Of a DNA stretch of 64,000 bases, positions 1 through 11,987 are shown piece by piece. Made by a program: the position numbers and the translations under genes. How positions within the stretch are numbered: the stretch's first letter is position 1; each line of letters opens with the position of its first letter. Below the pieces are notes generated by a model that saw nothing but the letters and a program-made list of their open reading frames with translations, was not told where the DNA came from and ran no database searches. Origin of the DNA: Selaginella moellendorffii (Eukaryota; Plantae; Lycopodiophyta). The stretch spans positions 1,327,431 to 1,391,430 of the forward strand of contig NW_003314271.1 in assembly GCF_000143415.4 (NCBI RefSeq), in the 5' to 3' direction.

Positions 1-363
1 AACCGAAGGAAAGGTGAGAGGCAAAAGCAAGTAGTAAGAGGATAGAACTAAACTATAGGAATTAAATTGCATAACCAAAAGTGGTTATGTCAGTTGGGAG
101 TGGAGAATCAAGTAGGTGCTCAAGCATGTTGTTACTAGCAACCGTGATGCCATGGAAAGTCTAAAGCATGGAATTGTCCATGTTGACTATATGGCAATTT
201 AAAAGCTTGCGAAAGGAGAGGCCTTAGCAAGTTAAGGGACAAAGAGTTCCTTCAAAGGTTCCCAAAGACACTTCTAAGTAGTTTGGCACTTAGAAAGCCA
301 AGTGTAAATGGTTCATAAAACGCATGAAATTAAAGTGGCGTAGCAAAAGCGTGGCCTTGAAGC

Positions 364-560
364 TGTTAGGGCGTGGCCACCGAGAGAGTGAGAGAGAGAG
401 AAGGAATATTCTGGTCCTTAGAATATTCCCCATCTTCCTTGTATAAAACCCTTGCTTCACAAGGGCAAGGGGGGGGGGGGGGGCATTTTTGGCAGAGAGT
501 AGTGAAGCATTTCTTGTGTTTGAGCGAGCGTTGGGGGAGGCGCCCCTCCTTCCCCCAACA
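364..560 (+). repeat. 5' LTR of Tat-type element
   Basis: TG...CA ends; differs from 22399-22587 by about 7 transitions and a G-run length change. Confidence 0.93.
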
Positions 561-562
561 AA

Positions 563-579
563 TGGTGAACCCGGCGTGA
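563..579 (+). promoter_or_regulatory. Primer-binding site, tRNA-Trp-like
   Basis: TGGTGAACCCGGCGTGA starts 2 nt after the LTR; matches the complement of the plant tRNA-Trp 3' end as I recall it (TGGTGAACCCGACGTGA) with one mismatch. Confidence 0.75.
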
Positions 580-1860
580 TGCGCAGGACTTTTTGAAGCA
601 TCATTTCTCTCTTTTCTTTTGGCCGTAGAGTTTGGGAAGGAATTCCTTGTTCATCTTGCGGTGGTTTTCTTTGATGTTGAGTGTGTTGGATAGGTCGGGA
701 GCTCCTCTTTCCAGGAAGGTATGGCGCTCGTCAAGCCGTGCAATATTTGAAGAGATACAACGTTTCTTGGCTTGGTCGGATGAGCATTTTGGGGTTTTCA
801 CTTTCTCGCCTGGATCCTCGGCCGAATTTCTCAAGGTAGTGCATTTGGGCTTGTAGATCTGGCCTAGATCTATGAGTAGTGGTAGTTCTTGGCACTAGAT
901 TTGGGCGAATTGACGGCATGCAAAAGGATTTTCTTCTTCGGCTAGATTGGGTTATCTTTGTGGTAGGAATTCGTGCTCCTCTAGGCTTGGTTTTGGATGC
1001 TGTTTATTTCTAGAGGTGCTCCTGGTCCTAGGCTTTCAGGAAGTACCAACGGCGCCTTAGTGTTGATCTACATCATGGACATGCATATGTTTTTCCATAA
1101 TGTTGGCGTTCTGGGCTACCTCTTCGTGGATTTCAGGGAATATTGAGGCGGTTTCTTCCCAAATTCTTGCGATATAAGGTAGATGGGGCTGAGCTCTTTC
1201 CAACGAGCCCACCAACAATCAAAATAGAGAAGGATCGAGACTAGAGGACTCATTTTTTCTCTTTTGGGTTAAACTTCGTTGGGGGTTCCTTGGGAACGAA
1301 GCAATCTTCAAGGAACAGGTAACTGTAGGAACAGGAACAGGAGGAGCAGGAACAAGAGTTGGCGTAGAAACAGGGACAATAGGAATAGGCACAGGGATAG
1401 GAGTTGGTGTTAGAGCAAGCGCAGGGGTAGGAGCGAGAGTAGGGGTTACCGGTTATAGGTCATAGGTCCCCGATTATCGGCTACCGGCTACTCCCATGGC
1501 TACTCCAGTGGCTACCCCGGTTACAGGCTACCAGCTACTCTAGTGGCTCCGCCAGCGGCTACTCTAGTGGCTACTCTGGCGGTTGGGTCAAAGGCATTTT
1601 GAGCAACTTGAGCACTAGCCTACAGTCTTCTTGCTCCTGTCAACCCAGTTGCCTTGACTGGGCATTTGCAGTGTTCCAGGTATTTGATGCCGGTACAAAC
1701 TAGACATACGACGAATTGGCACCCTTTTACCATACCTCAAGGCCCTAAGGTATAGAGTAAACTTTCCAACATCCAAAGGCAGCTTAGGTACGACACTGCA
1801 CCTTCTCGGGCCGAGTCCTCTTCCTCCTCGACAGATTCCAGTGACTTAGATCTACGAGCT

Positions 1861-3788
1861 ATGACGCAGCCACCCTTAGCTCGACCTCAGCTCCATGTTC
1901 TGCAGAAGGGGAGTGATCTGCTAGTCTTTTCAGGTGTTGGAACAGTCTCTCCAACATCGCATATTAGTCGCTTTGATTACTACTGCACCACAAACATGAT
2001 CGTCGACGATGATCGTATGTGCTGCGACTTCCTGCAGTCTCTCGAAGGCAAAGCAGCAACTTGGGCAGATTCTCTCCTCCCAGAGGACCGGACAGACTTC
2101 CAGACACTACTTGCTTCCTTCAGAGAACGCTTCGTTGAAGAAAAACCCACAAATCGGCTACTTGTCAACCTCTTTTCGTTCCGACAGGGTGCTCACAAGA
2201 CTGTTCCTGACTACATCACACGCTTTCGAGCTTACTGGAAGTAGTGTTGGGATCGCAGAGTAGTCCAAGATGAGCAACAGGGGATCACAGCATTCACAGC
2301 AGGTCTGCGTGGGAACTTGCAGCAGAAACTTCTTAAGAGGACTTTCAGGTCTTGCCGTGAGGCATTTTTGTTTGCTACAAAGCTGGAAAGAGAGCTTCTG
2401 GTCTACTTGGGTATTGCTAGAGTTGATTTTGACCAAGCCATCATCCTGTCAGAGTCACCTTGTGCCGCTATTCGCCCGTCCACATCAAAGCCTGTCGCTA
2501 TTGAGCATACACCTCCAGCTCTTGAGAACTTTGCCAGTGAGATGCGGCAGCTAAAGGAGATCATTCTTCAACAGCAATCACACCATGACAAACTGCTCCA
2601 GGAGCTGGTGGAGTCCAGGAAAGAGGCCGCTACAGCTCGGGAACGCAGATTTAAGTCCCGTTGGTGCACTCACTACGAGACGAACACACACAACACACAG
2701 CGCTGCTTCAAGCTTCACCCAGAGCTTCGGCCTCCATCTTCTCAATGTGTCCAACAACATCCCTTTGCTGATAACTCCACAACAGCCTCAGGGTCCAGAG
2801 ACATATCAGGAGCAGTTGGAGTGACAAGCAATTGAGGCAGCCCCTTCATCAAGCAAAGGCAAGGCACCAGTCTCATCGGTCAACATGATTTTGGTAGCCG
2901 AGGAACTTTATAGGCAACAACAGCAAACCGCAGCCACTCGAGCCCAAGCGAAGAAGGTAGCCACTCAGCCTACCATAGATCCCCCAGCGCCATTTGAGAG
3001 TGACTCTCCATTGGCATCAGGCCCAGTGACACAAAGGGTGGCTTGTAAACTCCCCTTCAAGTCACTCCTCTCTTCTCCTCTTGAGATCTCACCAGCAGCT
3101 ACTCCTGTTCCGGAGCCGGTTCTTCAATAGCTGGTTGACACTCCCGTCATCTTTTCACTCCGAGATATGTTGCACCTTGTCCCGGGATTCGGCCAGCATT
3201 TGGAGGAGTTTGCACGGTCAGGAACACCAGAGAGCACTCTCAAGAGGACTCCTCAAGAGGTGCACATTGTCGATATGACAAGATATGGAGGAGATCCTGG
3301 TCTGTTCTTCGTCCCGGTGCAGATCGGTACTTCCTCTTGTAGGATGGATGCTTTGGTTGACTCCGGTTCTGGAAGCAACATTATCTCTCTCGACGATGCC
3401 CTTTCAGCACAGCTACGGATCACTGAGAGCTCCTCCATCGTGCTCAAAACCTTCACCAACCACACCGTTCCTCCGGCAGGAATTTGCTGTGGTGTCAAGG
3501 TCTCAGTGCAGGGTGTTATTTCTGAGGTAGATTTCCTCATGGTTGACTACCAACGTCTTGGAACGTCCTCTTTGAAGGACTCTATCATCCTTGGCCGCTC
3601 ATGGCAAGTCACAGCCCATTGCACCATTGATAGTGCACAAGGCAAGTTGGAAATTAGTGATGGAACCCATAGCGCCACCTTTCTCAACAACCACGGCAGA
3701 GCTCTTTCTCAACAAGCCCAACAAGCTCGGACTAAGATGCCCTCCACACCATACTTTCCTCCCGACCTCACAGAGGTTTTTCCTAAGT
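1861..3788 (+). pseudogene. gag and aspartic protease of Tat element (premature stops)
   Basis: Retrotrans-gag-like LEGKAATWADSL...FRERF...FRQG...YITRF; knuckle-like WCTHYETNTHNTQRC; protease ALVDSGSGSNII and IILGRSW. Confidence 0.85.
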
Positions 3789-3812
3789 AAGCTCTATTTC
3801 GTTAAAGTGGGA
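3789..3812 (+). repeat. Left TIR
   Basis: Exact reverse complement of 17011-17034; followed by an internal inverted repeat AAGTGGGA...TCCCACTT. Confidence 0.95.
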
Positions 3813-4230
3813 ATTGTCATTATCCCACTTGTAAAATAAGGTTTCCAAACCTTTATATAGTATATAAATATAACAAAATTCAACTGCATTGAGGCACATA
3901 CCATTTTATTTTAAACAAGGAAATGTCTACTCAATCACTTCTCCTCCCCCTGCCACTGCTTCACCTCTCTCTTCTCCTTGTCATTGTCGTCTAATTTCTT
4001 TCCATCCTTTTAATATTGGCTCAGTTGCTCCGAGTCTAGGTGGAGCCCAAGTCCCCATTCAATCTTTACTTTCCCATTATTAATAAAACAACTTCGTAGA
4101 CTTCCAATAACATGCTGTAACACTTCTAGTATAATGCAAATCCTCTCAAAGAATTGTCTTTTAATATTAATACAATGGCATGGAACCCCATGCCATAATA
4201 AGTTACATTTTTAAATAAATACATGCCATC

Positions 4231-5093
4231 TCAGACTGTTATTTTTTGCCTCCAACGCCTATACAATAATCTTGGAATTTCATCACTCTCCACACTATCA
4301 GGATTTAAACCCAATAGTAATGCCATCTCTTCTCTAATACGTCCACGCTCATGTTCAGTGGTCGAAGAACCCATCCGGTTGAGCAGATTATGGAGATGCG
4401 GATAGTGCTTGGCTAGACAATATACATGCCATAAATGATGACTGGTGTCTGTCCGATCAAATGGCTTCTGATATACCGTTCCATCTGCCATTTGGTTGAT
4501 TTCTGCAGCCACCTCCTGGACTAGCCGGTTCTCTATCACCATCGCTCCAAGCCGTTTTGCAAGGTCCCCCAGAACATACGGTTTCTTCTCCCTAGTTTCC
4601 ATACTGCAAGAGATGGGGTGCACTGCATATGTGTGCGTGTTCGCTGCAGTTTTAATCGGCGAGTCATCGATGATGAGGATTTCACTTGAGCTAGCAGTCC
4701 GGTTCATCACTACAGCCTCTGGCTTGACGAAGATGGGCTTGCTACCCCTCACATGGACCATAGTCAAGCAATCCTCCTGCGTTAGGAGAAAGTCAAATGG
4801 TAATATTACTCGCGTCTGATCGTGCATCATCTGTAGCAACGTTAATACATTGTGGCGCATCATGGATGTCCAAACTCCCAATTGCAAATTGAACCCGGCC
4901 CTCTGTTTTAAGTGTCGCATGGTCATTATTAGATCCCGCAGTTTCTCCCGTGTGATTAATGTGAATCTGTCTCTTTTGACCAACTTGCGACCGCAGGCTT
5001 TGGAGGGTGCAATGACATTCGAGGACGAGCCACGCTCATGGGAGAAAAGGACACCGTTCAGATCAAAAACGATACAGTACCTTCGCCGTGACT
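4231..5093 (-). CDS. Terminal exon: FCP1/NIF-family HAD phosphatase-like domain
   Basis: YCIVFDLNGVLF (motif I variant), LGVWTSMMRHNV, ILIIDDSPIK (motif IV). Confidence 0.8.
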
Positions 5094-8000
5094 CTGAAAT
5101 GAAATGCGTCAGCATAAAAAATGGTACAAGTCAATTTTACCATCTACAATATTAGCGAATGTTGCTCCCGATGGTCGTTGAGAGGGTTTTGGTCGAGGAA
5201 ACGTGAAGGGCGGAAATACTCTCCTCTGCAATGTGGGGTCAATCGCATCCGATGGCGTGTGGGCACATGCCATTTCAGCTGTAGACTCTGGTACAACTGG
5301 CTCAACAGTGGCATGGGGTGGTTCCGATGGCGTGTGATCACACGCCATTTCAGCTGGTGCCTCCGTTGGCAAAGTGGACATGACCGAACAGGCAGTAGGG
5401 GCGGTGTAGGGAGGTTCCAACGGCGCGTAGTCAGACGATTGGGCACACGTTGAGTCCGTTGGAAATGAGGATACGACCGGCTCGGCGGCTGGGGCGGCCT
5501 CATGTGGGTCCAATGGCGCCTGGTCACCGTCAGTTGGATACGTGGACAAGATTGACTCAGTGGTATGGGCAGCATCAAGTGGAGCGTGGTCAGCTTGCTT
5601 GGCGTTGATATGGATAGTAGCCTCCACCAGCTCTGATGACTCTTGCAGCCAAGTAGAGTCCACTGGCGGATCCATATGCATGTCCAAATATCTCCCTTCG
5701 ATTGAGATGGTATCCTCCCGTGCTACTAAAAACAAACTTATTAGCACATTGAATTGACTATACTGTATTTACCATCAACTGCTATTGAGGAACTAGGACC
5801 GATATCACTTGAGCGCACTGCTGATTCTGAAGGATTGGACATACGTTTCGACCCTTGCTTGGCACTATCCTTCCTCGACACTAAAGGCTAGAGTTTGTAA
5901 ATTCAACTGAATAATCTCTACTTACCATTTGCTCTGCGACCTACATGGACAATGTTAGAAATGGTAAAAGGTTAGGAATGGATGTATTATTATTTACCTG
6001 ATGGTTTGTCTTGTATGACCTTCCTCCGCCGCTCTTTGGCCACCTCAGGCTGGCCATCGTCGTCATCATCGTCGTCGTCGTTATTGTGATCGTCACCATT
6101 GTGAGGACCATCCAAGTCCTCTTCGTCCTCCTCTTCTTTGTCCTCCTCTTCGTCCTTCTGCTCTTCTTGCTCATTATCTTTCTCTGGCTCCTCATCCCCC
6201 TCCTGCATTTCTTCCATAGGCTGCTCAGGCTGGATGGCTTGTTCTTCCAGGACCATCTTGGGAAAATCATCTGGCCGAGTCTCCATCTCAAAATACAAGA
6301 CATCCATAGCCTGTTTTAGTGCGTGACCTAGGACCGTATCCTCACCCGACTGTCTTAACATGGTTTCTGCACGTTCTTGCACCCTTCGAAGACGACGAGA
6401 TGAGAAAAACGTGGCCCTGCCTTGAAAAGCTTCCCTCATCCATTGTACCTCTCCATTGAGATTGGGGAAGGGGAGTCCGCCATAGGAATCTGAGTCATGA
6501 GGTGGTGACTGCCTGCTTTCACTCAGCCCTTGATCTGCAATGAATGGCATGAGCACACACGCCATAACCGCGAGGCATTACCTATCATCTTTTCGTTGCC
6601 CTTCTTCCTTTTCGAATCAAACGCCTCTGATCTCGACGACTGTCCAACGTGCTTTCGCTTTTTATGACCACTGTCAGTTTGAGCTTGGCTGGTGCTTGCC
6701 TGTTTTGCCTTTGAAGAAGTTTCTCCTGCAAGGAATGGCATGAGACCACACGCCATTGCAAATATAATTTGTACCTCCTTTTTTCCTATTGCTTTTCTGT
6801 TTGTCCTTCTTCGATGCGCCACCAGTGCGCTTTTCAGTCCTCGTGTCTAAATATTCACAACGATCTATAATCAAAATGGCGTGAGGCCTCACGTGACCTT
6901 ACCTTGTGCAGGTTGTGAGCTCGGCCCAACATGGGTATCTTCAATAGTAGCTGTTAACGCCGTTTCAGCATCTGGGGGTGGCCACGCTCCTGCATACAGA
7001 GCTTGTGAGATAACATTTAAACTTAAAGTGCGTACTCACCAGGTTCGCAGAGAAGATACTGTTTTTCTTTGGCAACTGTAATTATATGCTCCATTGAAGT
7101 CACCTCTTCAATGGAGTTTGTCACCGCAACACACGGGACACCCTTGAGTAGTGCGGCTCGAAAGAATAGTCCGCCGCAGTTGTACTCGACAACGCATTTG
7201 CCCTTGGAGTCGGAAGCAGGTGACCCACCTGCTATTGCGTTGAAGACCCAGCTGAGCATTTCCCATGCTGCACCTGGAGCTTTCTTTGGATTCGAAAGCT
7301 CCATAGCCGTCTTCAGTTCCTCAGGCACGGGTAAATTGACCTCCCTCAGATCAATTCGATTGGCCTTGTCGAACGAAGCTGGGAAGTCACTCCAGTCCCA
7401 CTCTGCTGCAGGACCAATAACAAGGGCGAGTGTGAAGATGCGGACATTCGTCGGTATCTTCTTCTTAGCCATTATCCCATGGATCTCCCGCATCTCCTTG
7501 CCTTTCAACCGAGCCTTCACCTCGTTCAAGGCCTTCCAGAACTTGTGATAGGATTCGGAGTCGTAGATCATATAGTGGACTGAAGATTCCACCTCCGCAA
7601 GTCCCACCATTAAGTCAATGATGGAGCTGACTTCGTCTGCATGAGTGATCTCCTCGTTTGTGAAGTCCATCACACAAAAGATGTTCTTGACCTGCTCATC
7701 TCCGCGGGAAACGATGCTCCTCCACCTTTGATCCTCATCCGAATTCAAGTATACCCGGTAAGGTTCTCGATAGGCCTCTGCTGCGGGGTCGAGCTGTTTC
7801 TGAAGCCGGCGGTCGACATCAATCTTAATGAAATTTGGATACTGATCCAACTTCTCAGCTTTACTTTTCGTGGCATCCCGCAGCAGATCGATGAACTTGG
7901 GGGCCCTCTTCACGTACTCGTCGATGTCTTCATTTGACAACTCCAGCGCTTCCATCATCTCTTGCGTGGTGTCGATGCTCACCCTCGCCACGGCCACTTG

Positions 8001-9837
8001 CTCGAAGATCCAATCCTTCAATAGCGCACGAGCTCTCAGAGTCGTGCACAAGTCCTCGTATGTCACAATATGGCCGGGAGTCATTTTGGTCTTGTTGAAG
8101 ACAACCTCACCACGTAGAAGAGCATTAGCCATTGTCAGAGGTCGTCGTCGTCTAGAGATCGCGAGAAACGCAAGGCATTGAGCTTCAAATCATTGGGCTT
8201 CCGGCCATCCTCCACACCCATTGAGTTTGGCAACTCCCCGTCATGGTACCTCCTCAGCACATCTACCCATTTGTCAAAAACAACTTTTATCGCGAGTAGA
8301 ATGTTATGGATGCTGAGTGTGTCATTGACCCCCAGTGTTTTCGAGAGAAGACTCGAGAATTCCTGCAATGGAAATGGCGTGAGGCCACATGCTATGCCAC
8401 ATACAACGAGGCTTACCTGCCAGGTGCTAGTTGCTAGTGCACGTCCTTGTCCTGGTTTTTGTGGCTTCTTCAGTTGAACCCAGAGCTTCCGTGTTCGTGC
8501 CAATGTCTCGTGCAGACCCGATTTGTAGCACGTTTCTTGCTTGACATTCTGCGCGTGGGAGATGTATATGATAGATCGGAGGGGCGAGTTGCCTTTTATC
8601 AAGCGGACAACTCTTGTCTTGAAGACTTTCTTCACCTCCTCGCCCACCATAATATCCACAACTATCTCTTGCATCGCCAAGCTAGAATGCTGCCCGGAGA
8701 CGGCATAGAACCGGATGTTCTGATCGTCCAACACCTTCCTATTGATCAAGTCTGGAAACCTCATCTCGCCCTTCATTTTTTGGTAGTAGGGGATCACGTC
8801 TGCGATGTCGGGTGTTACTGGACTTGCCAGCATCTTCTACTTCAATTTCTCCACCCACTCATCAGATACTAGCCTGTGGTTGTATTTGCTTTGGATGTCG
8901 ATACGGCTCACGTCGATTGTATATACTTTGTTGGAATAGTAACAAGTACTATTATCTGCGACGATTTTTGCTGCCTCTTCTTGCTCTTTCTGCTCTTTGC
9001 GGCTCTTCTTTTTGGTGGGTGTAGTGTTCGAACCCGAGGCAATGGCATCACTGAGTAGCTTCTTTTTTGGAGCAGGAGAGTCGGACGTCGGCTTGAGCTT
9101 GACCACAATTTTCTGCTTCGAGGTAGTTTCCAGATCGACCCCCTTCCCCTTTGCTTCGCGAATTGGAGTCACTCTCAACGGCTCAATGTTGGAATATAGT
9201 TTTTGAACATCGCCGTAGGTGAGGTCCGTGGATTCCATGTGATCTTCATAGACCCGCAGCGTCTTTGAAATTGTGGGCCTCCTGGACAACCTCTCCCTAG
9301 CTCCCTCTAGGAATTCCTCATAGCCGCTGCCCCCCTCCGGGAAGCCGCTAGGATGTGCAAGGTGGATCTTGAAGGCAGACGCTGTCTCTACCACAAGTGC
9401 CAGTCCATATTCTTGCATGGAATTGCATGGAGTGTCTGTCACTTGGATGAGGATCCCCATGCATTCTTTTCTCCCACCATCTGTGTTGTACAGCCTCAGA
9501 TCCTCGCCTTCCATCCCGAAAGTCCAACTGGTGAGCTCCTCCCCCTTCTCTGCATCCACATTGACAGTGGCTGGAAGAAGAACGCAATTCCTCGCCTGTT
9601 CAGAAATGCACAACAATTAGAGCTGACAGATGAAAAGATAGTAGCTGGAAATAACGTGAGGCCACACGCCATTCACCACTGCATCAGATGTCTTGAGGCT
9701 GCATCCTAAGATGGCGTGAGGCTACACGCCATCTGTAACCGGACTGCACTCGAGAGCCCAATCGGTGCATGCCAATGTTGCTACTGAATGGCATGTGGCC
9801 TCATGCCATTTTCTACTTGGCCTAAAAGACTTACCAT
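4231..9837 (-). CDS. Multi-exon transposon accessory gene (~1640 codons): ParB-like + N6/N4 DNA MTase-like + acidic linker + FCP1/NIF HAD phosphatase; this copy has a stop at 8837-8839 and a frameshift near 8136
   Basis: GT-AG introns at 9596-9834, 8363-8416, 6990-7039, 6865-6902, 6726-6774, 6535-6581, 5941-5997, 5881-5925, 5723-5772 and 5094-5140 join the listed ORF pieces into one frame. Motifs: NHRLVSDEWVEKL...YAVSGQHSSLA; VVEYNCGGLFFRAALLKGVPCVAV; IVFDLNGVL, GVWTS, IIDDSPIK. Confidence 0.72.
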
Positions 9838-11083
9838 TTGAAGCCGAATGGAGGCGTGACAACCGGACTCGCTGGCGAATGTGCACTGTGTGTGCAGCGG
9901 ATCGTAGCAGCAAGGCTACTCTGCCACTTACAGTTGGAGAGTGGCGCTGAAATCTCCCGGGACGCCAAGTGGGCTGCGTATGGGTGGCGGAGTGGGCGGC
10001 GGAGTTGGCGGCGAAGTTACAAACTGGGTGTGTCTTGAAGTGGACGCCGATGCACACGAGCGCGATGCGAGCGCGATGTGAGCGCGAGTGTGATGCAAGC
10101 GCGAGTGGACGCCGATGCACACGAGAAACTTGTAGAGAAGTGGGAGCGCGAGTGGGAGCGCGATACGAGCGCGAGTGTGCGAGCGCGAGTACGAAGCAAA
10201 ATGCAAAACCTAACCTCACACGCGCGAAATGTCACGACGGTTGGTAATCCCGCCACGTCATCATTTCTCGGACTTGGGCGCCACCATTAATTTCTGGATC
10301 GGCGCGCGCATGCGTGAAATCCAAAAGAAATCCGCAACGTCATCATTCCTCGGACTGCATGCACGCGAAATCCAAAAGAAAGATCATGATTGGGATATCA
10401 TTTAATACCCTCGCTATATTTATACCATGCATGATTGGATATTCCAAAGCATCTTGTATTTCCAAAAATGCCAGATGTTCAGCTAAATAAATTGTCAGAG
10501 GATGACGTTCAAGCATGTGGGCTCATGCAATTTTGATCCCAAAAAATGCACCAAAAAATGCTCGGCGTCATCTGGCGTTATCTCTTGAATGGCGTGGGGC
10601 CGCATGCCATTTTCAGGAGCACATAGGAGTATATTCCTAGAATATTCTAATACGCGCGAGATTGTTTTGAGTTTCCTGGAGATCCAACCGTTAGATCGCA
10701 ACTAAATTTTACAGAATGGTATACAATGTCCTTCTTGATGACCCTGCAAAGAAGCATCTTGATCGGACACCACATGAGACCACACGAGCCTTACAATGTT
10801 TCAGGGGCATTTGCCATAGATCCGACCGTTATTTTGCTCCAAGATTCTACAGTTTGGTGTGCATTGACCTTTCCATCGACACTGCAAAGGGACATCACAA
10901 TCAGATGCGGGATCACAAGAAACCAACTTCACTAACTCTGGTTTCACCAAGATCTACGTAAGGAGTTATGAAATGAAAGGACCCTCTCTATTGAAATGTG
11001 TTTATGGTCCTAGGGGCATTGTGACATATCAAAGGATTTTGCATCAAGTTCTGTATTTGCATGTTTATCAAGCTACTGAATTG

Positions 11084-11110
11084 CTAAACCCTAAACCCTA
11101 AACCCTAAAC
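11084..11110 (+). repeat. Plant telomere-type (CCCTAAA)n / telo-box run
   Basis: CTAAACCCTAAACCCTAAACCCTAAAC. Confidence 0.85.
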
Positions 11111-11954
11111 ATGTGGCAAATGCTGCGTGAAGAAAGATGCCCTTTCTGGGCAAATGCTGTAAGAGGCAGATGCCGAGCAGATGTATCTCAGGCTAGTGAA
11201 GGGGACAAACGAAAGCTAGCAACCAAAGGAATGTAAGCAACCAAAGGAATGTAAGTAGGGCATGTGTTTGTAAGTTTAAAAATGCCTCAACCACTTAAAT
11301 TCCCAAGTAAATAAAGCTGTTTCTATTTTTGGTACAGGTAAACTTTATAGCGTGTGGGCTCATGCAATTTTGAACCCAAAAATGCACCAAAAAATGCTCG
11401 ACTAGCATTATTCTTTGAATGGCGTGTGGCTTTATATTGCCATAAATGACACAGCATAATTATTCCTTTACACGGCGAATAATCTTGGAGCACATAGGAG
11501 TATATTCCTAGAATATTCTGACACGCGCGAGATTGTTTTGAGTTTCCTGGAGATCCAACCGTTAGATCGCAACCAGATTTTACAGAATGGTATACAATGT
11601 CCTTCTTGATGACCCTGCAAAGAAGCATCTCGATCGTACACCACATGAGACCACACGAGCCTTACAATGTTTCAGGGGCATTTGCCATAGATCCGACCGT
11701 TATTTTGCTCCAAGATTCTACAGTTTGGTGTGCATTGACCTTTCCATCGACACTGCAAAGGGACATCACAATCAGATGTGGGATCACAAGAAACCAACTT
11801 CACTAACTCTGGTTTCACCAAGATCTACGTAAGGAGTTATGAAATGAAAGGACCCTCTCTATTGAAATGTGTTTATGGTCCTAGGGGCATTGTGACATAT
11901 CAAAGGATTTTGCATCAAGTTCTGTATTTGCATGTTTATCAAGCTACTGAATTG

Positions 11955-11987
11955 CTAAACCCTAAACCCTAAACCCTAACCCTAAAC
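11955..11987 (+). repeat. Plant telomere-type (CCCTAAA)n / telo-box run, second tandem unit
   Basis: CTAAACCCTAAACCCTAAACCCTAACCCTAAAC. Confidence 0.85.

Noticed and set aside
6535-8416. Palindrome-containing introns as Introner/MITE insertions
   Set aside because: Only the 22-bp core is shared. Intron ends are not inverted repeats, there are no TSDs, and the motif also occurs in exons and intergenic DNA.
7069-8872. Plus-strand ORFs overlapping the accessory gene, and antisense ORFs over pol, transposase and SUN genes
   Set aside because: They are shadow frames of real coding sequence with no recognisable motifs.
7023-9616. Bacterial or phage contamination explaining the ParB/MTase-like ORFs
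   Set aside because: The gene has GT-AG introns and lies in an element inserted with a TSD into a plant retrotransposon.
11084-11987. True telomere or chromosome-healing site
   Set aside because: Only 3-4 units, duplicated as part of an internal tandem repeat of the transposon.
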